Source of the DNA: Cyclobacteriaceae bacterium
Lineage (GTDB): Bacteria > Bacteroidota > Bacteroidia > Cytophagales > Cyclobacteriaceae
Length of the DNA: 64,000 bases
Assembly (NCBI GenBank): GCA_003565295.1
Contig: PXCO01000129.1
Location: 45,929 to 109,928, forward strand
Direction: 5' to 3'
Of this stretch, positions 63,838 to 64,000 are shown in pieces. Position 1 is the first letter of the stretch. Each line of letters starts with the position of its first letter. Below the pieces are notes generated by a model. The model did no database searches, was not told where the DNA came from, and saw only the letters and a list, made by a program, of their open reading frames with translations. A program made the translations under genes and the position numbers.

Positions 63838-63858
63838 TGATAATTATCATTGCAATGA
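63838..63858. promoter_or_regulatory. Two overlapping perfect 12-bp palindromes upstream of the Nramp-fold gene (candidate metalloregulator operator)
   Basis: TGATAATTATCA (63838-63849) and TCATTGCAATGA (63847-63858). The first resembles Fur-box half-sites (GATAAT/ATTATC). Both lie about 250 nt upstream of the start at 63585. Confidence 0.3.
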
Positions 63859-64000
63859 CATGACCAACGTTATCGATTACCGAATTATCTTTGCCTATCT
63901 TTGTATTCAGGCCACCTCCATGTTATATAGTTTCGCCCGATTGGTTTGCCAATAATTGAATGGTAACCTACACCCAAAAAAGCCAGGCATTTCTCAAGTA

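Noticed and set aside
1-64000. Searched for mobile-element or defence hallmarks: transposase DDE motifs, tyrosine or serine recombinases, phage structural genes, toxin-antitoxin pairs, CRISPR-Cas, restriction-modification
   Set aside because: None was recognised in any long ORF. Only an orphan vsr and a short nuclease-like remnant were found, and both are reported as findings. The window is otherwise core-chromosome-like.

Overview
This 64-kb window looks like a chromosomal segment of a Bacteroidota genome, probably Cytophagia/Cyclobacteriaceae-like. That placement is inferred from a T9SS C-terminal sorting domain, Bacteroidetes-type TAnnTTTG -7 boxes, a fused CcsBA, lipoprotein-rich periplasmic enzymes and the gene content. 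Coding density is high: about 58 CDS and one tRNA-Glu. I found no rRNA, CRISPR array, transposase, integrase or phage genes.

Main blocks:
1. A 5'-partial giant surface protein (>1,822 aa) with tandem malectin-PKD modules, a Kelch propeller and a T9SS sorting domain.
2. A divergent nitrogen-oxyanion locus (9.7-23.2 kb). On the minus strand: nrfH-nrfA-(beta-barrel OMP)-ccsBA. On the plus strand: narK, a fused Nas molybdoenzyme/NirB-like flavoprotein, and an unusual rubredoxin fusion with two NiR/SiR-type half-domains.
3. A small accessory-looking stretch (23.2-25.8 kb) with gene remnants, GC-rich repeats and an AT-rich orphan ORF.
4. An AraC regulator and a lipid kinase.
5. A periplasmic sulfatase cluster (28.4-36.6 kb): FGE, two Cys-type sulfatases, a cytochrome-c/beta-propeller lipoprotein and a Tat-exported enolase-superfamily enzyme.
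6. A cluster of toast-rack-like protein, ABC-2 transporter and histidine kinase.
7. Housekeeping genes: grpE-dnaJ, obg, adk, hpt, upp, lipA and an rluA-family gene.
8. An ECF sigma/anti-sigma module, an orphan vsr, a degenerate phosphohexomutase-like protein and a non-canonical Nramp-fold transporter.

The most interesting candidates for undescribed biology are:
- the Nas/Nrf hybrid locus, which lacks a recognisable siroheme nitrite reductase but carries the NiR/SiR-half-domain-rubredoxin protein;
- the Tat-exported enolase-superfamily enzyme in the sulfatase cluster;
- a structured ~100-nt GC-rich repeat present in inverted copies about 52 kb apart.

All functional calls rest on motifs I could read in the translations. 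No database search was run, so family names are recognition-based and should be confirmed with HMMER/BLAST.
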